A stretch of DNA of 64,000 bases, taken from an uncultured Rivularia sp. GTDB lineage: Bacteria; Cyanobacteriota; Cyanobacteriia; Cyanobacteriales; Nostocaceae. A program made the translations under genes and the position numbers. The DNA is taken from positions 6,944,001-7,008,000 of the forward strand of contig OY762007.1 in assembly GCA_963665115.1 (NCBI GenBank). Reading direction: 5' to 3'. The notes beneath the pieces are model-generated. The model worked only from the letters and a program-made list of their open reading frames with translations, was not told where the DNA came from and ran no database searches. Positions 1 to 12,093 of the stretch are shown here, one piece after another (position 1 is the stretch's first letter; each line of letters begins with the position of its first letter).

Positions 1-197
1 ATTCATTTTGAATCAAATACATCCGTAGGTAGTTCATTTATAGACAGTTTTTAAGGTATTCTAAGTATAATTTTTGATTTTTTTTAACGGTAACAAGTTT
101 TCTTCGTATTTAAAAAAGGTATTTAAAGTTCTGTACATCATAACTGCGATTGCAGCAGCAAGTAGCACGTTTTTGTTTTGTCCGCAATAAATAAAAT

Positions 198-2336
198 ATG
201 GTACTTTTAGAGCGAATTGCAGTCTTACCATACAGTCAACTTATTGAAAACGAACCAATTATTCCCTTCGCTATTTTATTGGTAGTTATTTTAGTCGTAC
301 CTATTATATTTGAACGACTGCGACTACCCGGATTAATTGGTTTAATTTTATCGGGAATATTAATTGGCCAGTCTGGCTGGAATTTAGTCAAGATAGATAA
401 TCCGATTTGGGAATTACTCTCAACTATCGGTTTAGCTTATGTATTGTTTGTAGCAGGTTTAGAAGTTGACTTAGAACAGTTGAGTCGTCAGCGAAATCGT
501 GCTTTAGGTTTTGGCAGTTTTGCCTTCTGCATACCTTTATTATTGGGAACTTTACTTGGAAGAGTTTTTGAATTTGATTGGTTAGGCTCAATATTAATTG
601 GCTCTTTGCTCTCTTCTTATACTCTTTTGGCTTATCCGATTATTAATCGTCTGGGATTAACCAATCATGAAGCAGTGGGTGTAACGATTGGAGCAAGCAT
701 TTTTACCGATATTGCTACATTGTTGACGTTGGCTGTATGCGTTGCAATACATTTACAAGAGTTTAATATTTGGCAAACTATTGCATTACTAGGTTGGTTG
801 GCCGTCTATTGTGTTGTAGTTTTGGTAGGTTTTGACTGGGTTGGCAAAGAATTTCTACGAAGAACCGGAGAAGACGAAGGCAACCAGTTTTTATTTGTAT
901 TTACAGCAGTATTTTTAGCTGCTCTTATGGCTCAATTAATTGGTATTAAAACAATTGTTGCAGCCTTTTTTGCTGGATTAGCAGTTAATGAAGTTATCGG
1001 AGATGGGCCAGTCAAACAAAAGATTGTGTTTGTGGGTAGCGTGCTATTCATTCCGATTTTCTTTGTCGATCTTGGTTTAAAGTTGAATTTACCAGCCTTT
1101 TTGAAAGACATGGGTTTGGTTTGGTTGACGCTATCTCTCGTTTGTGGTTTAGTTGCGAGTAAGTTTATTGCGGCATTATTAGCTAAGTTAATTTATCGCT
1201 ACAATTGGCGTGAAGTATTAACAATGTGGTCTATAAGCCTACCTCAAGTAGCTGTAACTTCTTGTGTAACTTTTGTCGGGTATCAAGCACAATTATTAAA
1301 TTCAGAAATTTTTAATAGCGTCATAGTTTTGGTTCTAGTAACTTCATTAATTGGGCCAATAATTACCAGCCGGGCTGCTGTCGGCTTACACTCTTCATTA
1401 CTAAAGCAGCAGGACACAACAACATATGTACCTGTTTCCGATCGAATAGATACCCCTTTTAACATCATAGTACCCGTTTATAATCCTTCGACGCAGCAGC
1501 ATTTAATGGAAATGGCTGCATTATTAGCTCCGAGGGCTCGCGGCAAAATTATGCCTTTAGCAATAGCGACTGCAACAGCGAGCATGGATGCGCCCCAATT
1601 AGAAAACTCGCTGCGAAGAAGTGAAAGATTGTTGAACAAAGCTACAGCATTAAGCCGCTTTTTAGATGTAGAAGCAGAACCATTATTACGAATAGATGAT
1701 GCTTTTGCTCAAGGAATCAGTAGAACCGCGAGAGAAAAAAAGGCAAACTTGATCGTTATGGGCTGGGGAAAGCGTACCGGATTGAAAGCGCGTTTATTCG
1801 GTAACGTAATTGATGGCGTGTTATGGGCGAGTCATTGCCCAGTAGCAGTTACCCGTCTTGTTGAATCACCTGCCAAAATTCAGCGTATTCTAGTACCAGT
1901 CGAAAATTTGACAGCACCGATATTACAGCCATTGCAGTTTGCAACTTTGTTAGGGGAATCAAATCAAGCCCAAGTTACCGTACTTAACGTGTGCGATCGC
2001 CGCACGAGTTCGAGCAAAATATCTCATAGGCGATCGCAACTTTCCCTATTAGTATCCAAATTAGGTTTATCCAATCCACCAGAAGTTCAAATCATCGCTC
2101 ACGAAAATGTTGCTCAAGCAATATTGCAAGCAGCCAGACTATACGATTTAGTCGTTTTACCTTTTATTCGCAATCGTACTATTCCTGGGGGATTAGCAAT
2201 TAGTGACGTGACAACTCAGTTAGCTTCTCAATTAACTTGTTCTATTGTGATGCTTGGAGAACCATCGCAGCGTACCAATAATGCCACAGTCAAAGCTGGT
2301 TATCCTAGCAGTCAACCAGTTACCAGCTATCAGTGA
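198..2336 (+). CDS. Cation:proton antiporter (CPA2 family) with C-terminal universal stress protein domains
   Basis: About 12 hydrophobic TM segments with LFVAGLEVD and IFTDIATL motifs; C-terminal USP-like segments (NIIVPVYNP, LIVMGW..LFGNVIDGVLWASHCPV). Confidence 0.85.
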   Translation: MVLLERIAVLPYSQLIENEPIIPFAILLVVILVVPIIFERLRLPGLIGLILSGILIGQSGWNLVKIDNPIWELLSTIGLAYVLFVAGLEVDLEQLSRQRNRALGFGSFAFCIPLLLGTLLGRVFEFDWLGSILIGSLLSSYTLLAYPIINRLGLTNHEAVGVTIGASIFTDIATLLTLAVCVAIHLQEFNIWQTIALLGWLAVYCVVVLVGFDWVGKEFLRRTGEDEGNQFLFVFTAVFLAALMAQLIGIKTIVAAFFAGLAVNEVIGDGPVKQKIVFVGSVLFIPIFFVDLGLKLNLPAFLKDMGLVWLTLSLVCGLVASKFIAALLAKLIYRYNWREVLTMWSISLPQVAVTSCVTFVGYQAQLLNSEIFNSVIVLVLVTSLIGPIITSRAAVGLHSSLLKQQDTTTYVPVSDRIDTPFNIIVPVYNPSTQQHLMEMAALLAPRARGKIMPLAIATATASMDAPQLENSLRRSERLLNKATALSRFLDVEAEPLLRIDDAFAQGISRTAREKKANLIVMGWGKRTGLKARLFGNVIDGVLWASHCPVAVTRLVESPAKIQRILVPVENLTAPILQPLQFATLLGESNQAQVTVLNVCDRRTSSSKISHRRSQLSLLVSKLGLSNPPEVQIIAHENVAQAILQAARLYDLVVLPFIRNRTIPGGLAISDVTTQLASQLTCSIVMLGEPSQRTNNATVKAGYPSSQPVTSYQ

Positions 2337-2746
2337 CCAGTGAACAGTTAATAAGGTTCAAGGTTAAAGGTTAAAAGTCAAAGGTCAAAGGTTGAAATTC
2401 TCTTTGTTCCACACTCTTCATTTTCCAATGCCCAATGCCCAATTCCCAATGCCCAATTCCCAATTTTTTGTAAATGTAATCCCCTACAGTAACTTTAACT
2501 TATTAAATTTTTGATAAACTTTTGGACGATACTTCACAGTCACTACATAATCTTTGTTATTTTTCTTATGGAATTGTCAAGGGGATAAATTTAAATTAAA
2601 GGTAAAGATTGCATCAACCAGGAAAATAGGCGAGTTCAATTTTTTTTTGAATAACCCGTACTTTTACTCTATTTTTCACGTCCAGCTGGGTATCCTAAAA
2701 ACAAGCACAATCGAATAACGTAATTTTTGTAATTAACTGGTCAACT

Positions 2747-3710
2747 ATGAGAATATTGGTGACGGGCGGAGCTGGATTTATTGGTTCCCATCTGATCGAC
2801 AGATTAATGAGTGATGGGCATGAAGTAATTTGTTTAGATAATTTCTATACGGGACATAAGCGGAATATCCTTAAATGGTTGAGCAATCCATACTTTGAAC
2901 TGATTCGCCACGATATCACCGAACCAATTAGGTTGGAAGTAGCACAGATTTATCATTTAGCTTGTCCTGCATCGCCAGTACATTATCAGTACAATCCCGT
3001 AAAAACAGTTAAAACCAATGTAATGGGTACGCTGAATATGTTGGGGTTGGCTAAACGTGTTAAAGCAAGAATTTTACTGGCTTCTACCAGTGAAGTTTAT
3101 GGCGATCCAGAGGTTCATCCCCAACAGGAAGACTATAGAGGTAACGTGAATCCCATCGGACTTCGTTCCTGCTATGACGAAGGTAAGCGGATTGCCGAAA
3201 CCTTGATGTTCGATTATCACAGACAAAATGATGTTGATATTCGCGTTGCTCGTATTTTTAATACCTATGGTCCTCGGATGTTTGAACATGACGGACGGGT
3301 AGTTAGCAATTTTATAGTTCAAGCTTTACAAGGTGTACCTTTAACTGTTTACGGAGATGGTTCACAGACCCGTAGTTTTTGCTACGTTGACAACTTGGTA
3401 GATGGACTGATGCGTTTGATGAATGGAGAGCATATTGGTCCGATTAACTTGGGTAATCCAGATGAATACACCATTCTTCAATTAGCGCAAACCGTGCAAA
3501 ACATGGTTAACCCAGATGTGAAAATCAATTTTGAGCCACTACCTTCCGATGACCCCCCGTCGCCGCCGTCCCGATATCACCAAAGCGAAGACTCTGTTGA
3601 ATTGGGAACCTAGCATTACTCTTCAAGAAGGGTTAAAACAGACTATAGAAGATTTCCGGGAGCGGGTACAAACTACTAGTAAAGCAGTTGTAAATAGCAG
3701 CACTAAGTAA
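2747..3710 (+). CDS. UDP-glucuronate decarboxylase (UDP-xylose synthase-like); apparent +1 frameshift at about 3553-3558
   Basis: GGAGFIG, ACPASP and YDEGK motifs. Removing one C from GACCCCCCGT restores [14 protein letters not shown] and reads to TAA at 3708-3710. Confidence 0.9.
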
Positions 3711-3819
3711 AAAGATACTATTTGCTCAAAATTTTTGACTATAGAAGACTTATAAGCTTCTAGGATATCGACTACTAATAATTTGTTGGACAACTCAAAT
3801 AAGTGAGGAATTAGATAAA

Positions 3820-5205
3820 ATGCGAGTTTGCGTAATTGGTACTGGTTATGTTGGTTTGGTAACTGGCGCTTGCTTGGCTCACGTCGGGCATGATGTAATT
3901 TGTATAGATAATAACGAAGAGAAAGTTAAGTTAATGAAGTCCGGGCAATCGCCAATTTTTGAGCCTGGACTTTCGGAAATCATGCAGAATGCCATTAAAG
4001 AAGGAAAGATTAAGTTTTCCAGCGATTTGGCTGCGGGAGTTTCTCATGGAGAAATCTTATTTATTGCTGTGGGAACTCCACCTTTGCCTACAGGTGAAAG
4101 TGATACCCGTTATGTAGAAGCGGTTGCAAAAGGTATCGGAAGTCATTTGAATGGCGGCTATAAAGTTATCGTTAATAAATCTACAGTACCCATTGGTTCC
4201 GGTGATTGGGTGCGGATGATTGTTCTCGATGGAATTGCCGAGCGTCAAAAAGAATTAGTTCCCGCAGGTGGGGCACCTGATGCTGACAAGTTGCCTACTG
4301 GTGATTTTGATGTAGTTAGTAACCCTGAGTTTTTGCGTGAAGGTTCGGCAATTTACGATACTTTCAATCCCGACCGGATTGTTTTGGGAGGCAACTCTCA
4401 GAAGGCTCTTTCGATGATGAAAGAACTTTATACTCCGATTGTTGAGCGTCAGTATGCTGAAGATAAATCCTTAGCACCAGTACCCGTACTAACAACAGAT
4501 TTGTCTTCTGCTGAAATGGTTAAATATGCCGCTAACGCTTTCTTAGCAACCAAAATTAGCTTTATTAACGAAGTTGCTAACATTTGCGATCGCGTTGGTG
4601 CTGATGTAACTCAAGTTGCTAAAGGTATCGGTTTAGATTCCCGTATCGGCAACAAGTTCTTAAATGCCGGTATTGGTTGGGGTGGAAGTTGTTTCCCCAA
4701 AGATGTATCAGCACTAGTTCACACCGCTGATGACTACGGCTACGAAGCACAGCTACTCAAAGCGACAATTAGCGTTAACGAACGTCAGCGTTTGATTGCA
4801 ATGGAAAAACTCCAGCAAGCCTTGAAAATTCTCAAAGGTAAAACTGTAGGTTTGCTAGGTTTAACCTTCAAGCCAGATACCGATGATATGCGCGATGCTC
4901 CAGCATTGAACTTAATCGAGCAATTGAATCGATTGGGAGCGAAAGTGAAAGCATACGACCCAATTATTTCACAATCTGGTATGCGTCACGGTCTTTCTGG
5001 AGTACAGGTAGAAACCGATGCAGAAAGATTAGCTGATGGCTGCGATGCTTTGGTAGTTGTTACCGAATGGGAACAGTTCAACAATCTCGATTACGCTAAG
5101 ATGGCTAAATTAATGAACCATCCCGTTATCATTGATGGCCGTAACTTCCTCGATCCCGAAACAACCATTAGGGCTGGATTCCAATACATTGGTGTTGGGC
5201 GCTAA
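3820..5205 (+). CDS. ugd: UDP-glucose 6-dehydrogenase
   Basis: GTGYVG Rossmann motif, NPEFLREG, GWGGSCFPKD (catalytic Cys), FKPDTDD. Confidence 0.93.
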   Translation: MRVCVIGTGYVGLVTGACLAHVGHDVICIDNNEEKVKLMKSGQSPIFEPGLSEIMQNAIKEGKIKFSSDLAAGVSHGEILFIAVGTPPLPTGESDTRYVEAVAKGIGSHLNGGYKVIVNKSTVPIGSGDWVRMIVLDGIAERQKELVPAGGAPDADKLPTGDFDVVSNPEFLREGSAIYDTFNPDRIVLGGNSQKALSMMKELYTPIVERQYAEDKSLAPVPVLTTDLSSAEMVKYAANAFLATKISFINEVANICDRVGADVTQVAKGIGLDSRIGNKFLNAGIGWGGSCFPKDVSALVHTADDYGYEAQLLKATISVNERQRLIAMEKLQQALKILKGKTVGLLGLTFKPDTDDMRDAPALNLIEQLNRLGAKVKAYDPIISQSGMRHGLSGVQVETDAERLADGCDALVVVTEWEQFNNLDYAKMAKLMNHPVIIDGRNFLDPETTIRAGFQYIGVGR

Positions 5206-5285
5206 ATTCTAATTTTTGATTAATGCGAGGATTGTAGAATTCAAATTTCAGATTAATTCTAAAATTCGATTTGTGCATTAGATTA

Positions 5286-5312
5286 TAGAGACGTAGCACT
5301 GCTACGTCTCTA
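5286..5312. repeat. Short dispersed palindromic repeat (TAGAGACG...CGTCTCTA family)
   Basis: Perfect hairpin tagagacgtagca-c-tgctacgtctcta; related copies at 45649-45680 and 52192-52217. Confidence 0.8.
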
Positions 5313-5439
5313 CATTTTTTATTTGTAAACATTGAAGTTAATGTAGTGGAATACAATGTCCGCAAGATAGACGACACTACGTAAAAAATAATAAAAACTC
5401 TTTCCCGATTCCCAACTCCTAACTCCTAACTCCTAATTC

Positions 5440-6723
5440 CTAACTCTTTAATTTCGCAACCGCGTGCCAAATCAATCCTGCGACAATCAGTGCTAAACCC
5501 ACCTGCCAGATAAATGGTTCAACCCAAAAAGCTAGAAAGATACAAGCTGATAAGCCAAGAATTGACAACCATTTAGGATAAAGTCTTTCTTGACGCGGTA
5601 GAGAAAATGCAGCTAAATTAGTCACTGCGTAATAGATCAAAACAGTAAAAGCACTGAAAGACCAAGTAGTTTTGACATTACCAATTAAAACTAAAACAGA
5701 AATTATCGTACTTACCGCAATTACAGCAGGTGTTGGAGTTGTACCCGTAGTATTCAACCTTGCGAAAATCCTTGGCATATCTCGTCTTCTTCCCATCGCT
5801 AACAAGACGCGAGATAAACCTAAAATTAAGTTGAGCAATACTCCCAACATTGCAAAAATTGCGCCAATAGCTAAAATTTGCGCTCCCCCCGGAATGCCGA
5901 AGCTACGCACAGCCACTTCTAAAGGTGCAGCTTGTTCCGTCAAAGCCGATTTACCCAGACTTTCTGCCCCTACCCCCGCAACAGCAATCGTGGCTACTCC
6001 TACATAAATCAGCATAGTCACTATCATCGTCACGATAATGGCTTTAGGAATAGTTTTTCGCGGTTCCTTTGCTTCTTCTCCCAGAGTCGCAATCCTACCG
6101 TAGCCCGTATAAGCAACAAACATTAAAGCGCTCGCATGAAGCACCGTAGAAAACGAACCATTAAAAGGCGTGAGATTTTCCCTTCCTGCCGTTATCGCTG
6201 TCGGAATCCCCCCAAGTACAAAGAAAAGCAAACTAAAAACCGAAATAGATACAATTGCGATATTTACTCGATTAGAACGGCGAATACCATTTAAAACAAC
6301 AGCCGTAATTACAAATACCGCAGCCAAAGCCAAAGGTACCAGCAAACCTTTTTCCGATAAACCCGTTGCATTCAAGAAATAGCCAGCAAAACCCAAAGCC
6401 GCAGTAGCCGCAGAAGCAGACTTTGCCAACAAAAACATCCATCCAGCCGTGAATCCCAACCAAGAATTCAGATATTTATAGCCGTATTCATAAGAGCCAC
6501 CACTTACAGGGTGATTAGCAGCAAGCTGAGCGCTATTAAGTCCATTACAAATAGCAACCAAAGCCCCAATAATTACAGCTAAAATTACTGCACTACCAGC
6601 AATTCCAGCAGCAATACCAATACTGACAAAAACTCCAGTACCGATAATCGAACCAAGCCCCATCACAGTTGCCCCTACAACTCCTAACTCGCGTCGCAGT
6701 TGCGGCGATGATTTGAGTGACAC
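5440..6723 (-). CDS. APC-family amino acid permease
   Basis: GSIIGTGVF, SGGSYEY and YTGYGRIATLGEE motifs with many TM helices. Start placed at GTG 6723; the longer ORF-track N-terminus translates STRR repeats. Confidence 0.88.
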   Translation of the reverse strand: MSLKSSPQLRRELGVVGATVMGLGSIIGTGVFVSIGIAAGIAGSAVILAVIIGALVAICNGLNSAQLAANHPVSGGSYEYGYKYLNSWLGFTAGWMFLLAKSASAATAALGFAGYFLNATGLSEKGLLVPLALAAVFVITAVVLNGIRRSNRVNIAIVSISVFSLLFFVLGGIPTAITAGRENLTPFNGSFSTVLHASALMFVAYTGYGRIATLGEEAKEPRKTIPKAIIVTMIVTMLIYVGVATIAVAGVGAESLGKSALTEQAAPLEVAVRSFGIPGGAQILAIGAIFAMLGVLLNLILGLSRVLLAMGRRRDMPRIFARLNTTGTTPTPAVIAVSTIISVLVLIGNVKTTWSFSAFTVLIYYAVTNLAAFSLPRQERLYPKWLSILGLSACIFLAFWVEPFIWQVGLALIVAGLIWHAVAKLKS

Positions 6724-6796
6724 AACACCTTTCCCCAAAAATACTCGGCTCTGTTGATTGTACAATTTAGGGCTTAGTTTATATAGGCTTTTGATT

Positions 6797-6940
6797 ACTA
6801 ATTGGTAATTGGTAATTGGTAATTGGGCATAGGGCATGGGGCATGGGGCATTGGTAATTGGTAATTGGTAATTGATAATTGGTAATTGGGAATAATAAAT
6901 ATTATCTACCCCTCTACCCCCTCTCCCCCATCTCCCCAAC
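6797..6940. repeat. STRR heptamer tandem repeats
   Basis: (TAATTGG)n and (GGGGCAT)n runs. Confidence 0.9.
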
Positions 6941-7096
6941 ATAATTACCCCCCTGCAATCTTCCAGAAGACTGGTTGACTACAAGGGGGTATTAACTCTG
7001 GTGACATTATATAAAAACTTTCCTAAAAGCTAATTTGAGGAACAATTATCAGATTTGAGTTGATAACTGTTCGCGAATTATTTAACAGGTACTTTA

Positions 7097-7888
7097 CTAA
7101 GTACGTGGTATGCGCTCAATCTCGGCATATCCGCTAAAAATTAACTTTTGACCTTCTGTTTCTAAACGATTAAGCCGCATTTTTACTCCATCTAGGTCAA
7201 AACGGTCTAAATCGACCATATTATCTAAAATTTCCGCTAATGCAGTACATAAAGTTTCTGAAATTTGTCTTTGCGCTTCTGGTACCGACTCCAGGTCGAT
7301 TTGTGGATTTTTGAAGGAAACTTTCCGTCTCCGTTCAATACCTACTTTTACAGTCATATTCAACGGTACTAATTCACCGTTGTTTAAGTCAGCTTTAGCG
7401 AAAATCTTTAACCGATTATCTGGCAGTAATTCCACCTGAACATCGGTAAAAGAAACGGGTTCGCCATCAGACAATTCCGTTAAGGTTGGCTCCGAAAGGT
7501 TTATCAAACGCTTTTTCACTAATTCAGCGGTAAAAGCCTGATTAATACCGTCTTGAGTCAACACAACCTGAGCGATCGCCTGAGTGGGTTGTTTTAATCG
7601 CAATTTGCCGCTTAGTACCGAACTGAAGTCAATAGACACTGCATCGGTTTCAAACGACATCTCCTCAACGAAGAAATCTTTGCGAATTATTAAACTACGC
7701 CCGCCCATTTTAAAGCTGTCAATACTGCCCTGTAAAAGCTTGCTGGAGGGATAACAGCGGACAAAGACTTCTACCGACTCGCTTTTAGTAAACAAGTGGC
7801 GAATAGTTTGACTCGCGACAGTATTGAGCATCTGCTCGCCCCAGTCGCTGCCCTTAGAATCTTTAAAACCAGTAAGTCCGCCAAACAT
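7097..7888 (-). CDS. DUF2993/LmeA-like conserved cyanobacterial protein
   Basis: KLLQGSIDSFKM and ETDAVSIDF motifs resemble DUF2993 proteins. Confidence 0.7.
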   Translation of the reverse strand: MFGGLTGFKDSKGSDWGEQMLNTVASQTIRHLFTKSESVEVFVRCYPSSKLLQGSIDSFKMGGRSLIIRKDFFVEEMSFETDAVSIDFSSVLSGKLRLKQPTQAIAQVVLTQDGINQAFTAELVKKRLINLSEPTLTELSDGEPVSFTDVQVELLPDNRLKIFAKADLNNGELVPLNMTVKVGIERRRKVSFKNPQIDLESVPEAQRQISETLCTALAEILDNMVDLDRFDLDGVKMRLNRLETEGQKLIFSGYAEIERIPRT

Positions 7889-8753
7889 TTTGAGTACAGG
7901 TTACTAAAAGTTCTTTGTCTTTTTGTAACAAATTGTGAACTTCTCAGCAACCTCCTAGAGATTAAATATGCTGATGATGAAACACAAGAATGTTAATAAC
8001 AGTTAATGAATTAAGGCTGAAAAACCTTGCGGTCACAGGATTAGAGCTTATTTTACTAAAAATAAAAAATAATCCGAAAAATAAAAAATGTTATTGCCAG
8101 CTTACAAACCAATATTTATTAAAAACGAATGTAAGCCCTCCGCTAATATAATTTTTTGTTCTTGAGCAAGAGTTAAAGAGAAAGTCGATAAAAAATTTCC
8201 TTTTAATTCCATGATTGAATACTGAGAATAATTATTTTTAAAGAGATTGTGACTATCACTTCAGATAGATGCCACGTATAAAAAATTTTATTTATACATT
8301 TAAGTCTATCTATTTCAAGAATTGTTGTGTATAAAAAACAAGTGGCTTATTTCAAGAACTTCGGATTTGCCATCAAAATCATTAAATTGTAACTGTTCGG
8401 CAACAGCATAATGCGTTAAAAATTTTGTTTTATTTATCTTATATATCTCCTCTTAATCTGCTTATTAAAGACAGCGTTTCATCGCACTGTACTTACTTAG
8501 TATAGCTTTCATCTGTACCAAGTTAAATCTATTTCTGGTTGACTTTGGTTTATTCAATGTTTTAGTTATTTTTGTGATTTGTCTGGCAATAAGTTTATAA
8601 TTCCTGTTCTGTGTGAAAAGAATTGGAATCTGTTGGTTTATTTTCTACGGGCAATTTACGATTTGAAAAATCTTGGGAAGGCATTAATAAATACCGGAAG
8701 TGGTTATCGATTCCAATTGAAATTATCAAAAAAACCATTCCATTAGTTGCAAT

Positions 8754-8826
8754 GTTGGGTTACGACACGATTAATTTAGTTGCTAATTAGAAATCAAATT
8801 CCTCAATCGTGTCTAACCCAACCTAT
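8754..8826. repeat. REP-like inverted repeat element
   Basis: gttgggttacgacacgatt ... aatcgtgtctaacccaac arms around an AT-rich loop. Confidence 0.7.
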
Positions 8827-8843
8827 CAATTACCAATTACCAA

Positions 8844-10092
8844 TTACCGCTGCAACAACTTTCTCCGCAAACTATCCAAAGCATTACAAGCGCTGAAGTG
8901 ACGAATTAAACTTCTACCGCGCACGGGATTAAACCGAAATTCAAAACTTTCAACCTCATCTTTTCCTGCTAAACCAATGTAAACCAAGCCCACTGGCTTC
9001 GTTTCCGTACCTCCACCAGGCCCCGCAATCCCTGTTATACTCAATCCCCAAGTTGTCGAAAGCCGATTTTTTACGCCCACAGCCATTTGTTCGGCTACAG
9101 TTGCGCTTACCGCACCATATTTATCTAAATCTTGCGGATTTACTCCTAATAACCCTATTTTTACCGCATTATCATAGGAAATTACACCACCCCAAAAGTA
9201 ATCGGAACTTCCCGAAGTATCGGTTAACATTCCCCCCAAAGTTCCCCCGGTACAGGATTCAGCCACCGAAAGCGTTTCCCCAGACTTACGCAACAAGTCA
9301 CCCACTACCGAAGCAAGAGTATCATTATCAGCACCAAAATAATCTAAACCAGCTATTTCTTGAATTTGCTTGGCAACGGGTACAATCAAACTTTCAGCTT
9401 CAGCTTCCGAACTTGCTTTAGCAGAAACTCGTAATTTAACCTGCCCTTTACTCGCATAAGGAGCTACCGTTGGATTGGGTAAATTAAGATAAGCAGATAC
9501 TTTTTCAGCCAAAGCAGATTCTGGAACGTTCCAAAACCGCAACATTCGACTATAAATGATTTGTTTGCCCCAACCTTGACTTTTTAGGTAGGGAACGGCG
9601 GTTTCCTCCCACATCCGATGCATTTCTGAAGGTACGCCGGGAAAGGTAAAAATCGTTAAATTAGGTTGTGGTTGCCAAATTATACCCGGAGCCGTTCCCG
9701 TAGGATTGGGTAAAATTTCCGCTCCTTTAGGGATTAAAGCTTGCTTGCGATTGCTCGCGCTCATGACTCTATTTCTTGTCGCGTATTTTTTAGTAATATC
9801 TTCGATGACTTCAGCACGTTCAATTAAAGGAGAACCAAAAAAATCGGCGATGGTTTCGCAAGTCAAATCATCAGGAGTTGGTCCCCAAACCGCCAGTAAA
9901 AATTAATATTTCTGCTCTTTGACTAGCAATTTCAATAACTTGCTTGATTCTATCGACATTATCGCCAACAACCGTTTGATAAAAATGAGGAATACCCAAT
10001 TGAGCTAACTCTTGCGCTAAATATTGAGCGTTGCTATTAAGAATATCTCCCAGCAACATTTCCGTACCGACACAAATAATTTCTGCACTCAT
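8844..10092 (-). CDS. cinA: Competence/damage-inducible protein CinA (MoCF-like plus NMN deamidase domains); apparent +1 frameshift at about 9882
   Basis: [16 protein letters not shown]-terminus; [12 protein letters not shown] restored by removing one [10 protein letters not shown] and [11 protein letters not shown]-terminal motifs. Confidence 0.92.
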
Positions 10093-10096
10093 AGAA

Positions 10097-10330
10097 TTTG
10101 GGAATTGGGCATTGGGCATTGGGCATTGGGGATGGGTAGAAGGGGTAGAAGGGGAGACAAGGGGACAAGGAGAAATTAGTTCTTAACTCGCTACTTGCTA
10201 CTCACTACTCCTAATTCCTAACTCTTAATTCTTAACTCCTCACTCCCCTCCTCATTATCCCATGCCCAATCCCCAATGCCCCATGCCCAAATCCTAACTG
10301 TTCACCTTTAACCTTTAACCTTTAACCTTA
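10097..10330. repeat. Composite STRR tract
   Basis: TTGGGCA, CTCCTAA, CCCCAAT and ACCTTTA heptamer runs plus a GACAAGGAGAAA..TCGCTACTT core. Confidence 0.85.
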
Positions 10331-10332
10331 TT

Positions 10333-12093
10333 TTAAATTCCGTGCGATTTTCCAATTACCCAATTACGACGAAAGAAACGAGCTAAGGCTGATTCTTCTA
10401 ATGATAAATAAATTGGTCTTCCGTGGGGGCAGGTGCGGGGGTTGCGGGTGCGCTGCCATTCGTCTAATAATTGCTGCATTTGTGGCAGGCTCAAGGTTGT
10501 GCCATTGCGGATGGCGCTGCGACAAGCTACGGCGACTTGGGCTGTATTTAAATCCCCTCCTTTACTAAGTTCTAATATTGCTTCGGCACAGTCTTCGCGC
10601 TGTTGTAAAAGTGCAGGTACTTGACGAATTGCCCAAAGTTGTTCGCCAAAAGGTTCTATTTCTAAATTAATTCTTTGCAGTTGTTCTATTTGTTCGGGGG
10701 ATAGTTGATAAAGAATGATTGGTGGCTCGCACTTTACTAATTTCCAATGTTCGCAAATTTGTTCGTATAAAACTCTTTCATGAGCTATGTGTTGTTCTAT
10801 TAACCACATTCCTCCCGGATGCTCGGCTACTATGTAGGTTTTGTTGATTTGAGCAACTGCTTTTAAAGCAATGGAGTTTGAGAGGGGGTTTTGGATTTCG
10901 TGGGATTTTAATTGAGTTTTATTAGTTTTATTAGTTTGATTAATTTCATTTAGTTCAAATTCTTCAAAGTTCTTTTTTTCAATATCTCTACGGTTGAAGT
11001 TGTAACCACTTTTTGCTTCTGCGGCTTTGATTAATTTAGTTACTCGCGTTACCTGCAAAGATTCCTTAATGCCCGAACTATTAATACTGAATGCTTTATC
11101 AATCGATTGAGAAATTTGTTCTCTTAAATAATCGAGTTCATTTAGATAAATTTGTGTTTTTGCGGGGTTGCGATTCCAGTTAATTTGATTTGGAGAAATA
11201 GATAAATGTAGAAAACATACTGGATAGCGATCGCGCGGTAACGTTTTGTGAAATGCTCCAAGAATGGTTTGTTCAAGTTCCGAGCATTTCACCATACGCC
11301 CGTTGACTGCTACACGTACCCAATCTGGACGATGACGATGGCATCTATCGGGCAATCCTATAACTAATGAAAGTGACGAATCGCGATTATTCAATTCGAC
11401 TTTCAAGTCTTGTAAGTCTGATGGATGCACTCTACGCAGGAACTGAGACAGAGTTTCCTTCATGTTGCCAGTCGGATAAATAGCGAACCATTGGCGTTCA
11501 TTTTGCCAAACCTGCCAGGTAACGTGAGGATGACACAAAGCAGTTTGTTGGATTACTGCTTGCACCGCTTTCATCTGCTGGGCTATCGAAGGTAAACCCT
11601 GACGACGAGCATTGCAGTTACCGAATAAATTAGAAATTACGGCTACCGTACCTGGTGCGATCGCCGCTGCTTCCATAAGCAAAGCTTCTCCTTTGTCACC
11701 GTATACAATCCGCCAACCGCCGCACCCTGTTTTTTCTTGGGTTTGATCTGCACGGCTAATAATTTCTAAATCGGCTAGGGTTGTCAGACTGTGCAGCGCT
11801 TCGCCACGAAAACCTAAACTATTAATTTTCCATAAATCTTTAGAAGCGCGGATTTTACTAGTGCTGTGGGCGCTTGCTGCTTGTTGCAAGTCTTCTAAAC
11901 TCATTCCACAACCGTTATCCGATACCCGTACCTTCCATTGTTGCGGATGCAAAGAAATCACAATTCGTGTCGCACCAGCATCCAAGGAATTTTCTATTAA
12001 TTCCCGTACCACCGAAGCAAAAGAATCAATTACCTCTCCGGCTGTAATCAAATGTACGACTTCTGAAGGTAGAGCTTGGATAGTAGATGCCAT
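10333..12093 (-). CDS. mutL: DNA mismatch repair protein MutL
   Basis: RELIENSLDAGA, GFRGEAL, EQHIAHERVLYE endonuclease motif, CPHGRP. Confidence 0.96.
   Translation of the reverse strand: MASTIQALPSEVVHLITAGEVIDSFASVVRELIENSLDAGATRIVISLHPQQWKVRVSDNGCGMSLEDLQQAASAHSTSKIRASKDLWKINSLGFRGEALHSLTTLADLEIISRADQTQEKTGCGGWRIVYGDKGEALLMEAAAIAPGTVAVISNLFGNCNARRQGLPSIAQQMKAVQAVIQQTALCHPHVTWQVWQNERQWFAIYPTGNMKETLSQFLRRVHPSDLQDLKVELNNRDSSLSLVIGLPDRCHRHRPDWVRVAVNGRMVKCSELEQTILGAFHKTLPRDRYPVCFLHLSISPNQINWNRNPAKTQIYLNELDYLREQISQSIDKAFSINSSGIKESLQVTRVTKLIKAAEAKSGYNFNRRDIEKKNFEEFELNEINQTNKTNKTQLKSHEIQNPLSNSIALKAVAQINKTYIVAEHPGGMWLIEQHIAHERVLYEQICEHWKLVKCEPPIILYQLSPEQIEQLQRINLEIEPFGEQLWAIRQVPALLQQREDCAEAILELSKGGDLNTAQVAVACRSAIRNGTTLSLPQMQQLLDEWQRTRNPRTCPHGRPIYLSLEESALARFFRRNWVIGKSHGI

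Noticed and set aside
6724..6942. N-terminal extension of the APC permease in the ORF track
   Set aside because: It translates STRR repeats (QLPITNY, PCPMP); the GTG at 6723 with a purine-rich RBS is the more plausible start.
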